This document shows positions 22,651-35,414 of a stretch of 64,000 bases of DNA, piece after piece (the stretch's first letter is position 1; every line of letters begins with the position of its first letter). The notes beneath the pieces are model-generated. The model saw only the letters and a program-made list of their open reading frames with translations, made no database searches and was not told the origin of the DNA. The DNA is from Camelus dromedarius (taxonomy: Eukaryota): NCBI RefSeq assembly GCF_036321535.1, contig NC_087436.1, forward strand, positions 72,912,001 to 72,976,000, read 5' to 3'. A program made the translations under genes and the position numbers.

Positions 22651-24240
22651 TTATTTTTTAATATAAATTTTATTCAAGTGCAACACACATAAAAGTTGGC
22701 AAATCATTAAGTCTACAGCACAATGAATTCTACAAAATAAGCACAACCACATCTGGCATCCACACCAAGAAACAGAATATTTCCAGCACCTTCCGAAAGC
22801 CCCACCTGTGCCTCCTTCCAAATACCCTGTTTTGGGATCTTTTACAATCGCTTCATGTTGTACATACTCTTGATTCTTGCTTGTTTCCCTCAGCACAATG
22901 TTTCCGAGTTTCATCCTTGCAATTGTTGGTAGTTATAGTTTATTTATTCTTATTACTGTATAATATTCTGTTAATATATCATAATTATTTTATCTAACTG
23001 TCTTTACTTATCTATTCTAAAATTGGACATCTATTTTTTGTTATTATGAATAGTGTTTATTGGAACATTCTTGTATAAATCTTTTGGCGAACATACGTAC
23101 ACATTTTTCTTTTCTACATAAGCTAGGAGTGGAATTATAGATCTATGTGAAGAATTTCTTTGGGGTATATGCCCAGATGTAAGATTGCTGGGTTGGAGGG
23201 TATTTTCCCATGTAATTTTACTGAGTAAGTACTGCTAGATTGCTCTCCAGAATGCCTGGGAAAGCTGTCACTTCCCCCACAGGCATGAAGGTTGTATTTT
23301 ATCCACATTTTTGTCAGCACTTAATATTATCTAATTTCTAACATTCTAATTAACTTTCTAATTCTTGACAAAATTATGAAGGAAAAGTACCATTTCTTTG
23401 TTATTCAATTAGCAACTTCTTATTTAATAGTGAGATGGAGTCCTTTATGTACCTGTCGGCCATTCAGTTTCCCATTTTATCAATTACCTCTTCATACCCC
23501 TTGGCATTTTTTGAAAATTTTCTGTCTTTTTGTTGATTTGCAAAGGTTTCTTACATAGACTAAATATTAATCTCTTGTCAGTATTGGAAATGTTCCTTCC
23601 AATATGTTACCCAGATATTAATTGTTTACAGGGATCCTCACTGTAAAAAATTATTTAATTTTGCTGTACTTACTTACACTTACTGGTTTTTTGGTTTTGA
23701 TTTTGGATTTTCTTGCCTTTAGTGTTTGTACTTCTGAGGTTTTATTTAAGAATGCTTAACTCATCATGAGCTTAACAAGAGTTTTGTAGTTTCATCTTTC
23801 ACAATTAAATCTTAATGCATTTTTTATGCTGTGTGAGGGATCCAACTTTATTTCTCTCCATATAGTTAGCCAATTTGTCCTGATTTGTAATATGATTCCT
23901 GATACAACCTAAATATCCATGGATTTGTTTCTGGACCCTATTCCACACTAGTTTCAAAATAACCCTGGAAGGGTGAATCTCTGCTCTTTAATTTTTCTTA
24001 GTTATTTGTAGACCTTCATTCACCCATATAAATTTTGGAATTAGTCAAATTTCTCCCAAATAAGTTCTACTAGTATTTTCTTGGAATTAAATTGAATTTA
24101 TAGAATTAGTTTAATTCAAATGGGTATATTTATAATACAGATTGTCTGATCCATGAACATGGTCTTTCTCCGTGTTCCTAAGGATTTTCCAAGAACATTT
24201 TAAGACACTTATATTAAACTCTTATGGTACCTACTGTTAT
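22651..24240 (-). mobile_element. Old L1 (L1M/ME-like) 3' region
   Basis: ttattcaagtgcaacac...aatgaatt...aagaaacagaatatttccagcacc...attgctggg...ttgcaaagg...attgaatttatag; diverged reverse L1. Confidence 0.7.
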
Positions 24241-24384
24241 ACTAAAGAGAAATACACAAGTGTAAATAAAATGCTTTGTGGGAAAGATACAAACAAAAAT
24301 TGGTCTATGTACCTCGTAAGGGGGATTGTGCCTGTCTGTGGCTTAGAGAGCATAGAGGTGGGGAAAAATAGTGTAGACTAGAAA

Positions 24385-24570
24385 GTTATAAAATCAGGCA
24401 TCCCAGGAGTTGAATTCCAGATTCTTTACTCACTGGCTGTAGAAATTTAAGCAAATTACTTAATCTCTGTGCCTTGTCTTCCTAATCTCCTGGATAGAAA
24501 CAATATCCATGCATAAACGAGATGATGTTTAAAATGCCTGGCATGTGGTAGGTGTCTGGCAAATGTCAGC
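24385..24570 (+). mobile_element. MIR remnant
   Basis: gttgaattccagattc...gcaaattacttaatctctgtgcct...gcctggcatgtggtagg. Confidence 0.7.
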
Positions 24571-24949
24571 TTTCTTTCTCTTTTAAAATTTGTTCTCCTG
24601 GGAATACATCCCATGAAAACACTAATTCATTTTCCAGCATTTTTGGTAATGGTAGCCTCATCTTCAACCTCCACCACCCCTACCTCTGCAGTCTTCTCTC
24701 ACCCCTAGAGTGAGCAAATAAAATTCACTACAGTCTTAAAAGAAACCAGACTAATGCCTCTCCTTCATTATCTTCCTACATTATTCAAGTATTAAATCCT
24801 CAGGCCCTCAACACAAATGATCATGACTTTAACCAGGAATGTGTAAGATACAAACACAAAATTCCCTCTTCTCCATTGTGGAAAGAAGCCTTTGAGTACA
24901 ATACCATATTCTTAACCATACATGTAGTCACAGTCCATATTTCATGTAC

Positions 24950-25175
24950 ACTCCAGGTATCCTTTATCACATTGTTCTATTTAAATATTGCATGTATTTT
25001 TCAGGTCACAATTATATATTCATGTTAGTTTATGCATTTGTTGTCTCCCTCCTCCACTAGCCTGTAAGCCCATGAAAACAGAGACTCTAATTGTTTCATT
25101 CATCATAGTACGCCCAGGACCTGCTCTCTGCTTAGAGTACATACTTAATAAATATGGGTTGAATGAATAAATGAG
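24950..25175 (+). mobile_element. L2 3' end
   Basis: ctccctcctccactagcctgtaagcccatga...cttaataaatatgggttgaatgaataaatg. Confidence 0.75.
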
Positions 25176-25704
25176 GGTTTTGATTAATTGATTATCTAGG
25201 TCTGAGAACCAATTTATTGCCAACCAGATAAGGAATTTTCTTTATTTGCAGACTTTATAAATTGACTTACATTGTTTCTGTATATCTACATTATTAAGTC
25301 AGATCCTTTGATTTTTCAAGGTAGAGAATTTAAGTGATGAAACCAAACAAGGAAATACTAGATCTCACAGCTTCAGTTGAAATTAACTCTTCTCCTTCCA
25401 TTCAATTTTTTCATAAATAAGATTCAACCAGAAAGTAAAACTCTATACAAAAGTGGGTATTCAATAACTCTTGTTAAAGGAGCCAATTAAATTTTTATTA
25501 AAATTTGGACACTAAAGTTGAGATTGTTGCAAAGAAGGAACATCAGAGTGTAAAGAGAAAACAATTTGGCCTTCTGGTAATTAACTGGATACCAAGGAAA
25601 CCATTATGATTCTAGGAACTGTAGATGAGATGGGATGCCTGGGTCATGTTCTGCCTTGTGAGACATTAAGACAAGTATTATAAACTTTCCATCACATTTC
25701 CATA

Positions 25705-25735
25705 ACACACACACACACACACATATGTGCACACA
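25705..25735. repeat. (CA)n microsatellite
   Basis: acacacacacacacacac. Confidence 0.9.
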
Positions 25736-26983
25736 CCTACAAAATCTCCTCCATTAAAGTTCACATGGTTGTTGCACCTGCGTATGGGGACGAGATTTTT
25801 AGAGATCCTAATTGGCACAACTTGTATTCACTTGTGAATGCTAGGTTTCAGGGGCCTGGTAAGAGGAACTGCAGTTCCCCTGGGAATCCCTAAATTCCCA
25901 CACCCTCTGAGTTATGGAGTTCACCATAGCAACATCTGTGTACATCACCACTTCGATGCGGATGGGCCGCAGCTGGTAAGCCCTACTGGGGATCCATCAC
26001 GCCCTGTCTGGCTGCATATTAAGTCACAGTTTTATTCCAAGGTTTCTGAGACTCTCGGAGCCCTTGAGCTCATCCCAGGAGAAATAATTAAAGTCATACT
26101 GACTTGAGTAGCATATGGGATAGCAGTATGTCATTAGCTATTTTATGGTTCTAGGGTAACAGTCATTTCAGAAGGCAGCCAACTGCACCTGAGAGGTGTG
26201 GTTCCTCTGAGTGGCTCAGAGAAAAATGCGCTCAGCAGTGTTGTCCCAGACTGAGTTATCTCAGCCAGGGTGGCTGGGCAAAGCCCCATGGTACCAGGTC
26301 ACTAACCGCACGTTTTGTTAGGGGTGATAGGGTTTTTTTTTTATTGCTATGACTTCAATTAAGTAATGCAGATTATCCCTCAGGTGCCTGAGTGAATGCT
26401 CTGGGAATTTCCAGTTCTGAAAATGTCTAAACACAATTGGGCAGATATACACTACAAAGATATCCAACTAGAGAAAAAGAGGCCCATGTATGCTTTTCAC
26501 AGGCCGCCAGATCTAATCTTCCACACATCTGTCAACCCTGAAGAGACAGATATTAGTTAAGTTTTTATTTCTCAGGTATGGCCTTCAAAGTGTCAGACCT
26601 AATATATGCAAAAGCTTACTTGTTGAGATACCTAGTTGAATGTGTTGAAAAACTGCAGCCTGCTGGGGCTCTAGAGAGCGTGTATCAACAAGATAAAAAA
26701 AATAAAGAAGAGAACACAAACCAGCTATTCCAGAGTATAGCATCTCAAAGGAAACTCTAAAAAATGCAGTTCTAAGGATTTTATTACAAAGGATCCTTGT
26801 GAAGAAATAAGGAAGGCTTGATAAGAAACTCATGTGACTCTGACAGCATGTGAGTGAGCCTGGATTGAAAGAGAGGTATGATGGGTGCTCAGGATATGGG
26901 GAGAATATGGAAGCACAGCAAGAGCTTGTACCAACAGTGTCAGAAATGCAGGTTGAGGCCAGTAAAGATTAAGAAAGGGAACA

Positions 26984-27750
26984 GGGAGGAAGAGAAGCAA
27001 GATGGCAGAGTAGAAGGACGCTTGTAGCTCACCCTCTCCCACAAATACACCAAACCTCACATCTACAGACCTACTCAGCCAACCAGAGCACCTGCGGAAC
27101 TCCCACAGAACATCGCCCTCTTCAAAAGACAAAGACACCAAAAATCTGGTAGCAGAAAAGGAAAAAAGAAAGAAGAAAAAGCAAAACAGTGTGGAACTGA
27201 TCCTGTGGGGAGGGAGTGGCAAAGGAGGACTGGTGCTCGTTTGCTGGGTCTTCCCTCTCCAACGGAGAGGCCAGAGGGACGGAGGGGGAGACTCCAAGGC
27301 TCAGATCTGCCCCGAGTACCCCTTGACGGACAGTACTGAGTTAAACAGGCACAAAGGGTCCCCACGACACCCAGCCCAAGACGCGAGCCGGCAGCTGGGG
27401 CTGGGACAGGCTGCCTGAGCCAGGCGGAGGACTGGGGCGGCTGCACTGAGGCAGCCTCAGGGGACTGCAGGGGACTGTGCACCGTGGCTGGGAGGGGATA
27501 TGAAGCAGGACAACCTCGGTCCCCCATAAAATGCAAAAAAAGCAAAGCAACGCAGCTGGTGTGCCCTAGGGGGAGGGGCGCCATAGCCTTTGTCTCCTCA
27601 GACCTGCGCCGCCATTACTGGCGCTTCTCGGGAGAAGAGAGGCGGGGCGCAGCCACAGCCGCCATCTCCTCCTATGTGCAGCTCCCAAGCAGGGGTGGGG
27701 CCAAGACCCAAATCTGTACCCGGGGGCAGCCCTGCTCTGAGTGCCCGTGG
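26984..27750 (+). mobile_element. Orphan L1 5'UTR (internal promoter) without ORF1/ORF2
   Basis: Begins gggaggaagagaagcAAGATGGCagagtagaaggacg...gctcaccctctcccacaaatacacc, a laurasiatherian L1 5' end with a YY1-type motif. It is CpG-rich, follows an endonuclease-like TT|AAGAAA site, and stops before any ORF1. Confidence 0.78.
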
Positions 27751-27789
27751 TACCGTGTCCTCTCACCACATTTACATATTACAGTGGAA

Positions 27790-27925
27790 CCTTCCTTGGC
27801 TACTTATAAGCCTGTCTCCCTCCCTAGATTTTGAGCTTCTTACAGTAGGGAGCATGCCTAACTCATTTTTTTCTCTTCAACATCCATACAAGCACACTGT
27901 CTGCTCAAAAAATATCTACTGAACT
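27790..27925 (+). mobile_element. L2 3' end
   Basis: ctgtctccctccctagattttgagcttct...caaaaaatatctactgaa. Confidence 0.65.
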
Positions 27926-29065
27926 CTAAGTTACATCAAATATAAATTCTTCAGATGGCCTATAGAGATTTCTACTATTTGGCCATCAAATCTATGCAAA
28001 GTTATGCTCCCCTCCCCCAACACCTTCCTATGGGATGCACTCTTTACTGCAAGTCTAACTGATCTCCTCCCTGTCCCAAGTGCACATCTCTTCATTTCAA
28101 TGATTCCCTCTCCCAGAAACACCCCATATTATGGGCCATGGAGATGCTTGCTTTCCTTCCTTATCCAGTTCAAGGACAAATATTTGTGCAAATCCATCCC
28201 TGATGGCACAGGTCCTCTTTGTTTCCACCTGTACAGCAAAACCATTAAATATATGCCCAGTGGAAGCTTGCTGTGCAAGGACAAGGCTTCATGACTGTTC
28301 ATTTCACTCTAGAACAATTAGATTGTTTGTCGGGTTCCCCCAATGACAGTATCTAGAGGCCTTTTTCTAGTACAGTGAAGATTCTTCCACTAATCCTTCG
28401 CACTTAAGGGGGTATACCTCTGGCTTCAGCTTTTTGGAAGGAGACTAGGAAAAATGAGATTGTGAGGTTCACCATTTAGCATGGAGATATTTATTTAATT
28501 TCTAGCTTTCACTCTGCTTTCTGATGTGTCCAATGTCCTTGTCTCTCTCATTTATAGTTTCTCTAAAGAATAAACCCACGCATTCCTCTGGGAGTGAAGA
28601 GAGGATGCTGGCATCTGTCTGCTCCATATAGAGTCTTTTAATCAATGCCCACTCTTTTCAACCTCCTTCTTGCCATCACTTTCTGTACCTGGTACCTCCA
28701 ACATGTGAACCACTTTGGGGTTCTCTACAGTGAGCAGGCTTCCTGGTATTTATCCTCCTCAGTAAGATGATAAGTTGCAATATCTGATCAGTATTTGCTT
28801 TAAAAAATTCTTTTCCACCTTTCCTCAAAATATAAGTTGATGAAAGCAGGAACTCTGTTTTGTTCACTGCAAAGAACAAAGCCTGGCAGCACTGTTCTAT
28901 CTGATATATATACATCTTGACAGCTGAAATAGTCCTCACTCTCATTTTCTCTCTCTTAATGAGTTTATAATTATTTTACTTCTCTACTATAATTTTAGTT
29001 GAATTTTAGGAGAAATCAGAGATAAATGTACATACTCAACACACTGACTTTAAGAAAAAATCTAA

Positions 29066-29120
29066 TATATATACATAATATATATTATGTATATATATAT
29101 ATATATATAAAATATATATT
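29066..29120. repeat. (TA)n-rich microsatellite
   Basis: atatatatacataatatatattatgtatatatatatatatatata. Confidence 0.9.
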
Positions 29121-29139
29121 CATTCTCCTCTTGTAGTTT

Positions 29140-29770
29140 ATTGTGATCCTGTTGGGACTTAAATCATATTACATCCTTTTTGTGCTCAGATCCCTCCAGT
29201 GATCACCTTCTCTGTTCACCGTGAGTAGAATCTAAGGCCACATGATGCTTACACAGTCCTACAAACTTGGTCCCTACTACCTCTCCACTACGTCTTTAAT
29301 ATCCTCTCCCACTTCTCATCTTCCTCTCATTCTGCTCCATCCACCAGCCTTCTTGCTCTTCCTGAACACACAAAGCACATTCACCCCACAGGGCTTATTT
29401 CCTCTCTGTTCCTTCTGCCTAGAATGCCCTTTCCTCAGAGAGCTGCAGTACTAAATCCCTTTGAGCATTTCATAAACTCTCTCCTTCTCAATGAGTCCTA
29501 CACTGACCACTCCATTTAAAATAGCAACTACCACCAGTACCCCCATATCTTCCTCCATCACCTACTTTATTATTCTCCATAGAATTATGACCATCTGACA
29601 GTCTATGAATTCATTTTTTTATTTAATTTATTTTCCACCCTTGCTCAAAATATGTCAGTGAAGACAGAGACTTTATTTTATCCACTGATAAGAACAATGC
29701 CTGGCACAAAGTAGGTACACAATACATATTTGTTGCATATGACTGAATGAATATATGAGTAAATGAACAA
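29140..29770 (+). mobile_element. L2 3' portion
   Basis: tgctcagatccctccagtg...cttcttgctcttcctgaacac...ctgcctagaatgccc...gcctggcacaaagtagg...tgaatgaat. Confidence 0.85.
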
Positions 29771-32529
29771 TCCCACTCCCCAAGAATTCAAGTTAGAAAA
29801 GTCTGTTGGATAGCACAGGATGGCCCTGAACAAGGTCTGCTAGCAGATGGAGACCCCAGTGAGAGGTATGGAGAACTTGCCAGGAGGGAGAGGTGAGTCC
29901 AGCCCAGTGATCCAACATCAGTATAAGACCTGAAGTCTTTATGAAGAGGCTGACTTCATCCCAGTGTGTGGCTGGGTCTGGAAATCTCTCCAAATCAGGC
30001 AATCTAGCCTTCCTGGCATGGTGCTGTAACATAAGGAACATTGCCCAACTCTGTGAGTGTGGACAGAGCCCTGTAGACCAAGTGCAGGCAAGACCATGGC
30101 TGAATGTACCCTGGGTCAACAAGAGTGGATGCCTGCACGGGAGACAATTCAGGACCTATATTCAGTAAAGTAGGCTCTGTGCAGTTGGAACAAAAGCAAG
30201 TCTTAGCAATTCTCTCTTTCTTCTTGACCTGTGAGAATTGGACTGGCTTTTTTAAAACTAAGTAAGTCCTCAGGATCCTAGAACAATTATAAGGCATGGT
30301 GGGAATGGAGAACAAGGCCATGGGGATGGGGAGTCAAGAGATCCAAAGGAGCTTCCTGATACCTGGGTGCTAGAGTGACTGATGTGGAAAATCAAAGAGA
30401 GTTGACTCATTATTTCTATGAAGCTGATGAAACAGACCATATTGGTTAAAATATGAGTATTTAGTGAAATAGTGATGAGTGTCACCTGCCTTTAGGCTTA
30501 CTCTGATTATTTGTTATAAAGCACTCAGCAGCATCCAACACACAGAAGTGCTCAAAAAAATGAGCACTAATGCTGTTACTAGATAAATAGTACAGCATCC
30601 CCCAAAATATTAGTTGTATTTGAACATCCATACTGCCAAAAATTAGGTCAGTATAATTTTCTCAGTTATTCCTCATCAACAAATTTAGAAGTTGGGCATC
30701 TTCCATCTAGGCACCGAAGCTGTGTCACTAGCATTATATAGGGGAAAGGTTACATCAGCTTCAAGGAAATTAGTATTCGTCACTTAATTGCTTTGCCTTG
30801 CAAAATAATATAGACCTTTATTCCAGTGACTTTGTAACTATATTTCTCCCATTTTGACTTCAATTCCCTCCCCTGTAAAAAGGAAGTAATGCCTACCTCA
30901 CACGCATTTTATGAGGATCAAATGAGATCATGATTGTCGACAACATATAAATGAAAGGCTTTGGCATTATTGTCATTGTCACCACTCCTGCTGAGCACAC
31001 ACTTACTTTATGTTTTGAAAAGGTACCCTTTGCACAGTCCATGAAGCCTCTGAGGAGATAGCTTACGCCAGACATCTATGCTCCCCTTCCGACCCCTTGG
31101 ACCCTCTGCCATGGGCAAAATGGAAACAATTTACATGAATGTTCCATTCATAAGATTCTGGAAGGATTTAATGTGAAAGACACTGCATGATGGCATAAGG
31201 GCATGTTTGCTTATTTTCCTTATTCTTGGAATTCCTGGGAGGCATTACTAAATCAGAATTGATTGTAGAAGGCAAATGACCATGGGGACAATCCACCACT
31301 AATATTTCCACAGTATATTACCCAGATGTATAGTAATTAAAATTCACTATGTATGTAATTCATTAGGATGAATGTGAAGGCCATGATGGATAATTCAGAA
31401 ATCAAATAACCACGGGCCCTCTGGGGCTGCGGTTGTGTGATAGATTTGTATGGGTTTTGTTGTTGTTGTTGTTAGTATGTTTGCTTTTTATTTTGCTATT
31501 CTTAAGGATTCTTGAAGGGTTTCCTGCTCTTGCCTTCAAGGTAGAGTTGCTAGATTTGACAAAAATACAAGACACAGAGTCAAATTTCAATTTCAGATAA
31601 ACAATAAATAATTTTTAGCTTTTTTGAAGAGTTGATCACTGATTTCCATTTTAACCCAAAGCAAATAATTCTCTATAGTCATTTTGGGGAAAGAGGAATG
31701 ACTATTTTAAAGCAGCAACAAACCTACATTTTCTACACAGATTTCTTTTCTTAATATAATCTGCAACTAGAAGGAACTGAATGTTTTTAAATATGGGAGT
31801 CAGTTAATCAAAACTTCACCTTGGGATGAGAGTTCTAGCACATAATGTGTGTACAACAGGTGGGGATCAGCAAAACCAGCCAAGATCTTGTTGTTCAGGG
31901 CAGGAGAGACGTCTGAAACTCAGAGACAGAACTACAAATAGGAAAGGAGGAAACTGCGTGGCAGACACTGGGGCAGCAAGTCTACGTGGTGAAGTAGTCA
32001 TTAAATGAGGAGGAAAAGAGAAAATTGTGTTAATTAAATCTGGAGTTCTAAGTGTGGAAGAATAAGCCTCACAGAAAATTATAAGGACAAAGATTGTAAA
32101 ATATCTTTAGGACTTACAGAATTGTAAATGTCCTACTAATAAAGCATATCTAAAGCTAAGGCACATAAGTCTGCATGGGAATTCAGAATGCACGAAAGTC
32201 ACTTCCCAATGAAAGTAGAAAACAAATGCACGCTCACATGCACACACACACACACACAGCTTTAAACATAAAGAAAAAATTATATAATACTTCTGACATG
32301 ACAAATTCCAATTGTAATTTTCCATTCAATTAATTTTCCCTCCCAGAAAAGAGAAGTAGTCATTAGTATTGTATAATTTGCTTAATCTAACCACCCCTTC
32401 TGAAGCCTGACTCCGGTCCCGCACTGTTCCACCAGCTGGGGCTACAGAGGTGGAGCTCACAGAGCAGGGCAGCTGCAGGAGTAAGTGCTTAATACAGTGG
32501 ATCGTTTCAGGGGCAGGTAAGCTCTAAGG

Positions 32530-33610
32530 ATAAAACTAAAACAGGATATGATGGAGTCTCTGGGTCGCTGTCTGGGGAGGTCAAGGAAGGTCTCTCTGAA
32601 GAGGTAACATTTGAACAAGGATCTGGATCAAGTGAAGAAACGAGATCTGGTGGAAAAGCATCCCGGACAGAAGCAGCAAAGTCCCTGAGGCCAAAAGGTA
32701 GAGAGTTCTGTGTGTCAAATGGTTCCTTCCCCACCCAGCCCAGCAGGGGCCCTGCGCAGCTTCCCAGTCAACAGCCTCAGGCTTGGGAGTGTGCTGTACC
32801 ACAGGGCCAATAGTACAGGAGTGGATGTCATAAAATCACAGCCCACAAGTTTTGAGTGTCCTCATGTGGTTTGTCTCAGTCCCCAGTATTCCTGCCATCC
32901 GTCATAGGAAGCACGGACCCCAGTGGCCGCCGCTCCCAGGACAAGAGACTGGGGTGGATACCACCCCAACCTGACCCCTAGTCTGAAGCAGAACCGCCCC
33001 AACAGCCCACAAGGCCATAAGCAAGAGAACAGTTTGCATTTTAAGCCACTAAGATCTGAGTAGGTGGGGATTACACAGCATCACTGCAACAGAAACGTGA
33101 CTGATACAACAGAAAGGAGCTTGAACGTTGGTAGAATAAGAAAAGGTCAGAATGGCTGGAGCAGAATATATGGCAGGGAGACTACTTGGACACAAGGTGA
33201 GAAAGGAAAGTGCTTTTGAAAAGCATTAAATTATGGAAGCTCTTAGGGGCCCTCCGTGTCCCTCAAGACCTCTTATTGACTCTAAAGTTCACTGTTTTCA
33301 ATTTTAAAAAATTAACTTAGACAAGAGGCCACTCAAAGGGGTTCAAGTTTGAAATGACAGGATTTTAAGGTTTATGTTTTTAAAACATTCCAGGTCCTTC
33401 TGGAAGCTTTGTGAAGAATAGAATTAAAGGTGACAAGAGTGGGGAGGCCTCCCATGAAGAGATGTTTTGAGCAGTCTTGGCAGGAGAGAATGGTGATTAT
33501 ACCAAGTGTCGCAGTGCAGAGGGGGGACAGGATTCCATTTGACACGTCTTTGAAAGGTGAGATGGCAGGACTAGCTGTGCGTTGGAGGTGGAGTCTCAGG
33601 TCCAGAGACA
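32530..33610 (-). mobile_element. L2 interrupted by an MLT1 LTR
   Basis: aggaaggtctctctgaagaggtaacatttgaacaagg on the left; agaatggctggagcag and ggagagaatggtg after the LTR. Confidence 0.7.
32720..33108 (+). mobile_element. MaLR LTR (MLT1H/I/J-like) nested in L2
   Basis: 3' end cattttaagccactaagatctgag...cacagcatcactgcaacag...tgactgataca. Confidence 0.7.
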
Positions 33611-33760
33611 TGGAGGGTGATTTCCTGGGGTTTGGGCCTGAGTAACTCCCTAGAATATTCCCAGCACTGCCACTTGCTCTGTGAGAGAAAAGAAACATAA
33701 GACACACCTCCCAGCTACTGAAACCTTATAAAACAATGTGTAAATTTTAAATCAAGACAG

Positions 33761-33819
33761 TAAAGTGTCTTGATTTGTAAAGTGACTATAACTCAATAAA
33801 AACATGTTAAAAAAAAAAA
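33761..33819 (+). mobile_element. Very short L1 tail insertion with poly(A)
   Basis: tgtaaagtgactataactcaataaaaacatgtt(a)n; possible TSD aagacag (33754-33760) / aagatag (33820-33826). Confidence 0.6.
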
Positions 33820-34981
33820 AAGATAGCCTTTGCTTTAGGACAAAAGAAAATTAAAACCTTAGAATACATATGGAAGATTTCCAGAACATGTTACATAAGA
33901 AATAGCACTGTTTATATATGCGGTACATACACAGACTGTCTGCTACACGCGCACTCACACACACATGCATACATGATTTTAACCATGATTTATAGCTACC
34001 TTAAGGGGTACAGACACTCTGAGTTCTGAGTGACTTGCCAGTGACATTCTAATTTGAATTAGGGTTTTAGTAGCAGGAACTAAAAGAAAAAGACAAGTCG
34101 GGAAGACTTTTCAGGGAATTTGCTGATTATGATGATGCTCATTCATATGAGCAAGAAGTTAAGCACAGCTTTAAGGCTTTAAGTAAGGCTGCCGGGAAAA
34201 AGATGTACTCTAAGGAAAAAGAGAGGTCAGTTTGTGGAGGGAGGTAATGCTGGGTTATAGAAGTGTCATGTTCAAGGTGACAGCAGAGTATTCTGTGGAA
34301 ATGAGCAGTGGTGCCTGGAGAGGAAAGGCTGGAATAATAATAGTAATCACCTGCTAACAGTTTCTGAGCACTTACTAGTCGCTTGGCACTGTCTAATAAG
34401 CACTTTGCATGTATTATTTTATTTGACCCGCATAAAGCCCCTAAAAGCCAGATTCCAGTGGGGAAACTGACTGGGAGAGTCGCTCAGCCTCGCAAGTAGT
34501 GGAACCAGGCCAATGGAGCCAGCCAATCTGGTTCTGGAGCACATGCAGTGCTATGGAGGCCAGAGGGAGGGGACAGGTGTAGAGAGCTTTATGAATTAAG
34601 TACATCCTCATCCTCTCCTTGAGTCCCATTTAGACTGGTTTTCATCAGCACTGCTGCAGGATACCTGCTTCCAGTTTGTCTTTCCTCCCCATTCAGGCTT
34701 CTAAACTCCTGGGGAAGTCCCCTGTCTTACAGTGTTGGATATCTTCATTCATTTATTCATATAACAAATTCTTATTGGACATCAGCGATGGACCAGGCAG
34801 TGCACTAGGAGAGGGGGCAGAGCCGAAGGACTGCCAGGCTCTTCGCCCTTGAGGAGACATCCTCTACTAGGAAAGAGGGAGATGTGAGCTAGTCATTACC
34901 CTGCAGTGTGGTGATGACAGTAACTCAGGGAAAATGCTGTGGCCGGCATTATGTACTCTCTTTGACCAGATACTAGAAGAG

Positions 34982-35390
34982 TGCATTAATTTCTGAGGAC
35001 TGTCATTGTAGAGCACCACAAATTGGGCAGCCTAAAACAACAAGAATTTCTTCTCTCCCAGTTCAGGAGGCTAGAAGTCTGACTTCAAGGTGTCAGCAGG
35101 GCCTCCAAAGGCTCCACAGGTAGACCTGTACTTGCTTCTTCCAGCTTCTGGTGGCTCCTGGATTTCTTGGCTTGTGGCAGCCGAACTCCCACCTCCACCT
35201 CCATCTTCACATGGCCTTCCAAGTGTGTCTCTCTGTGTCCCCTGAGGAAAGGACATCTTATGAGGACATCGGCCACTGGATTTAGGGCCCATCACAAAAC
35301 CTGATTTCTTCTCCAGATTCTTAACTAATTATATTTGTAAAGACCCTATTTCCAAATAAGATCACACCTGAAGTTCCAAGGTTCATATTC
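34982..35390 (-). mobile_element. MaLR LTR (MLT1C-like)
   Basis: caccacaaattgggcagcctaaaacaac...ctcccagttc...gtctgacttcaaggtgtcagcaggg...ggatttagggccca...aagaccctatttccaaataag. Confidence 0.85.
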
Positions 35391-35414
35391 AGAGCAAATG
35401 AATGATCTTCCCAG

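Noticed and set aside
26830-27922. Cluster of overlapping ORFs of 110-169 aa
   Set aside because: GC-rich L1 5'UTR; no ORF1-like sequence or other homology.
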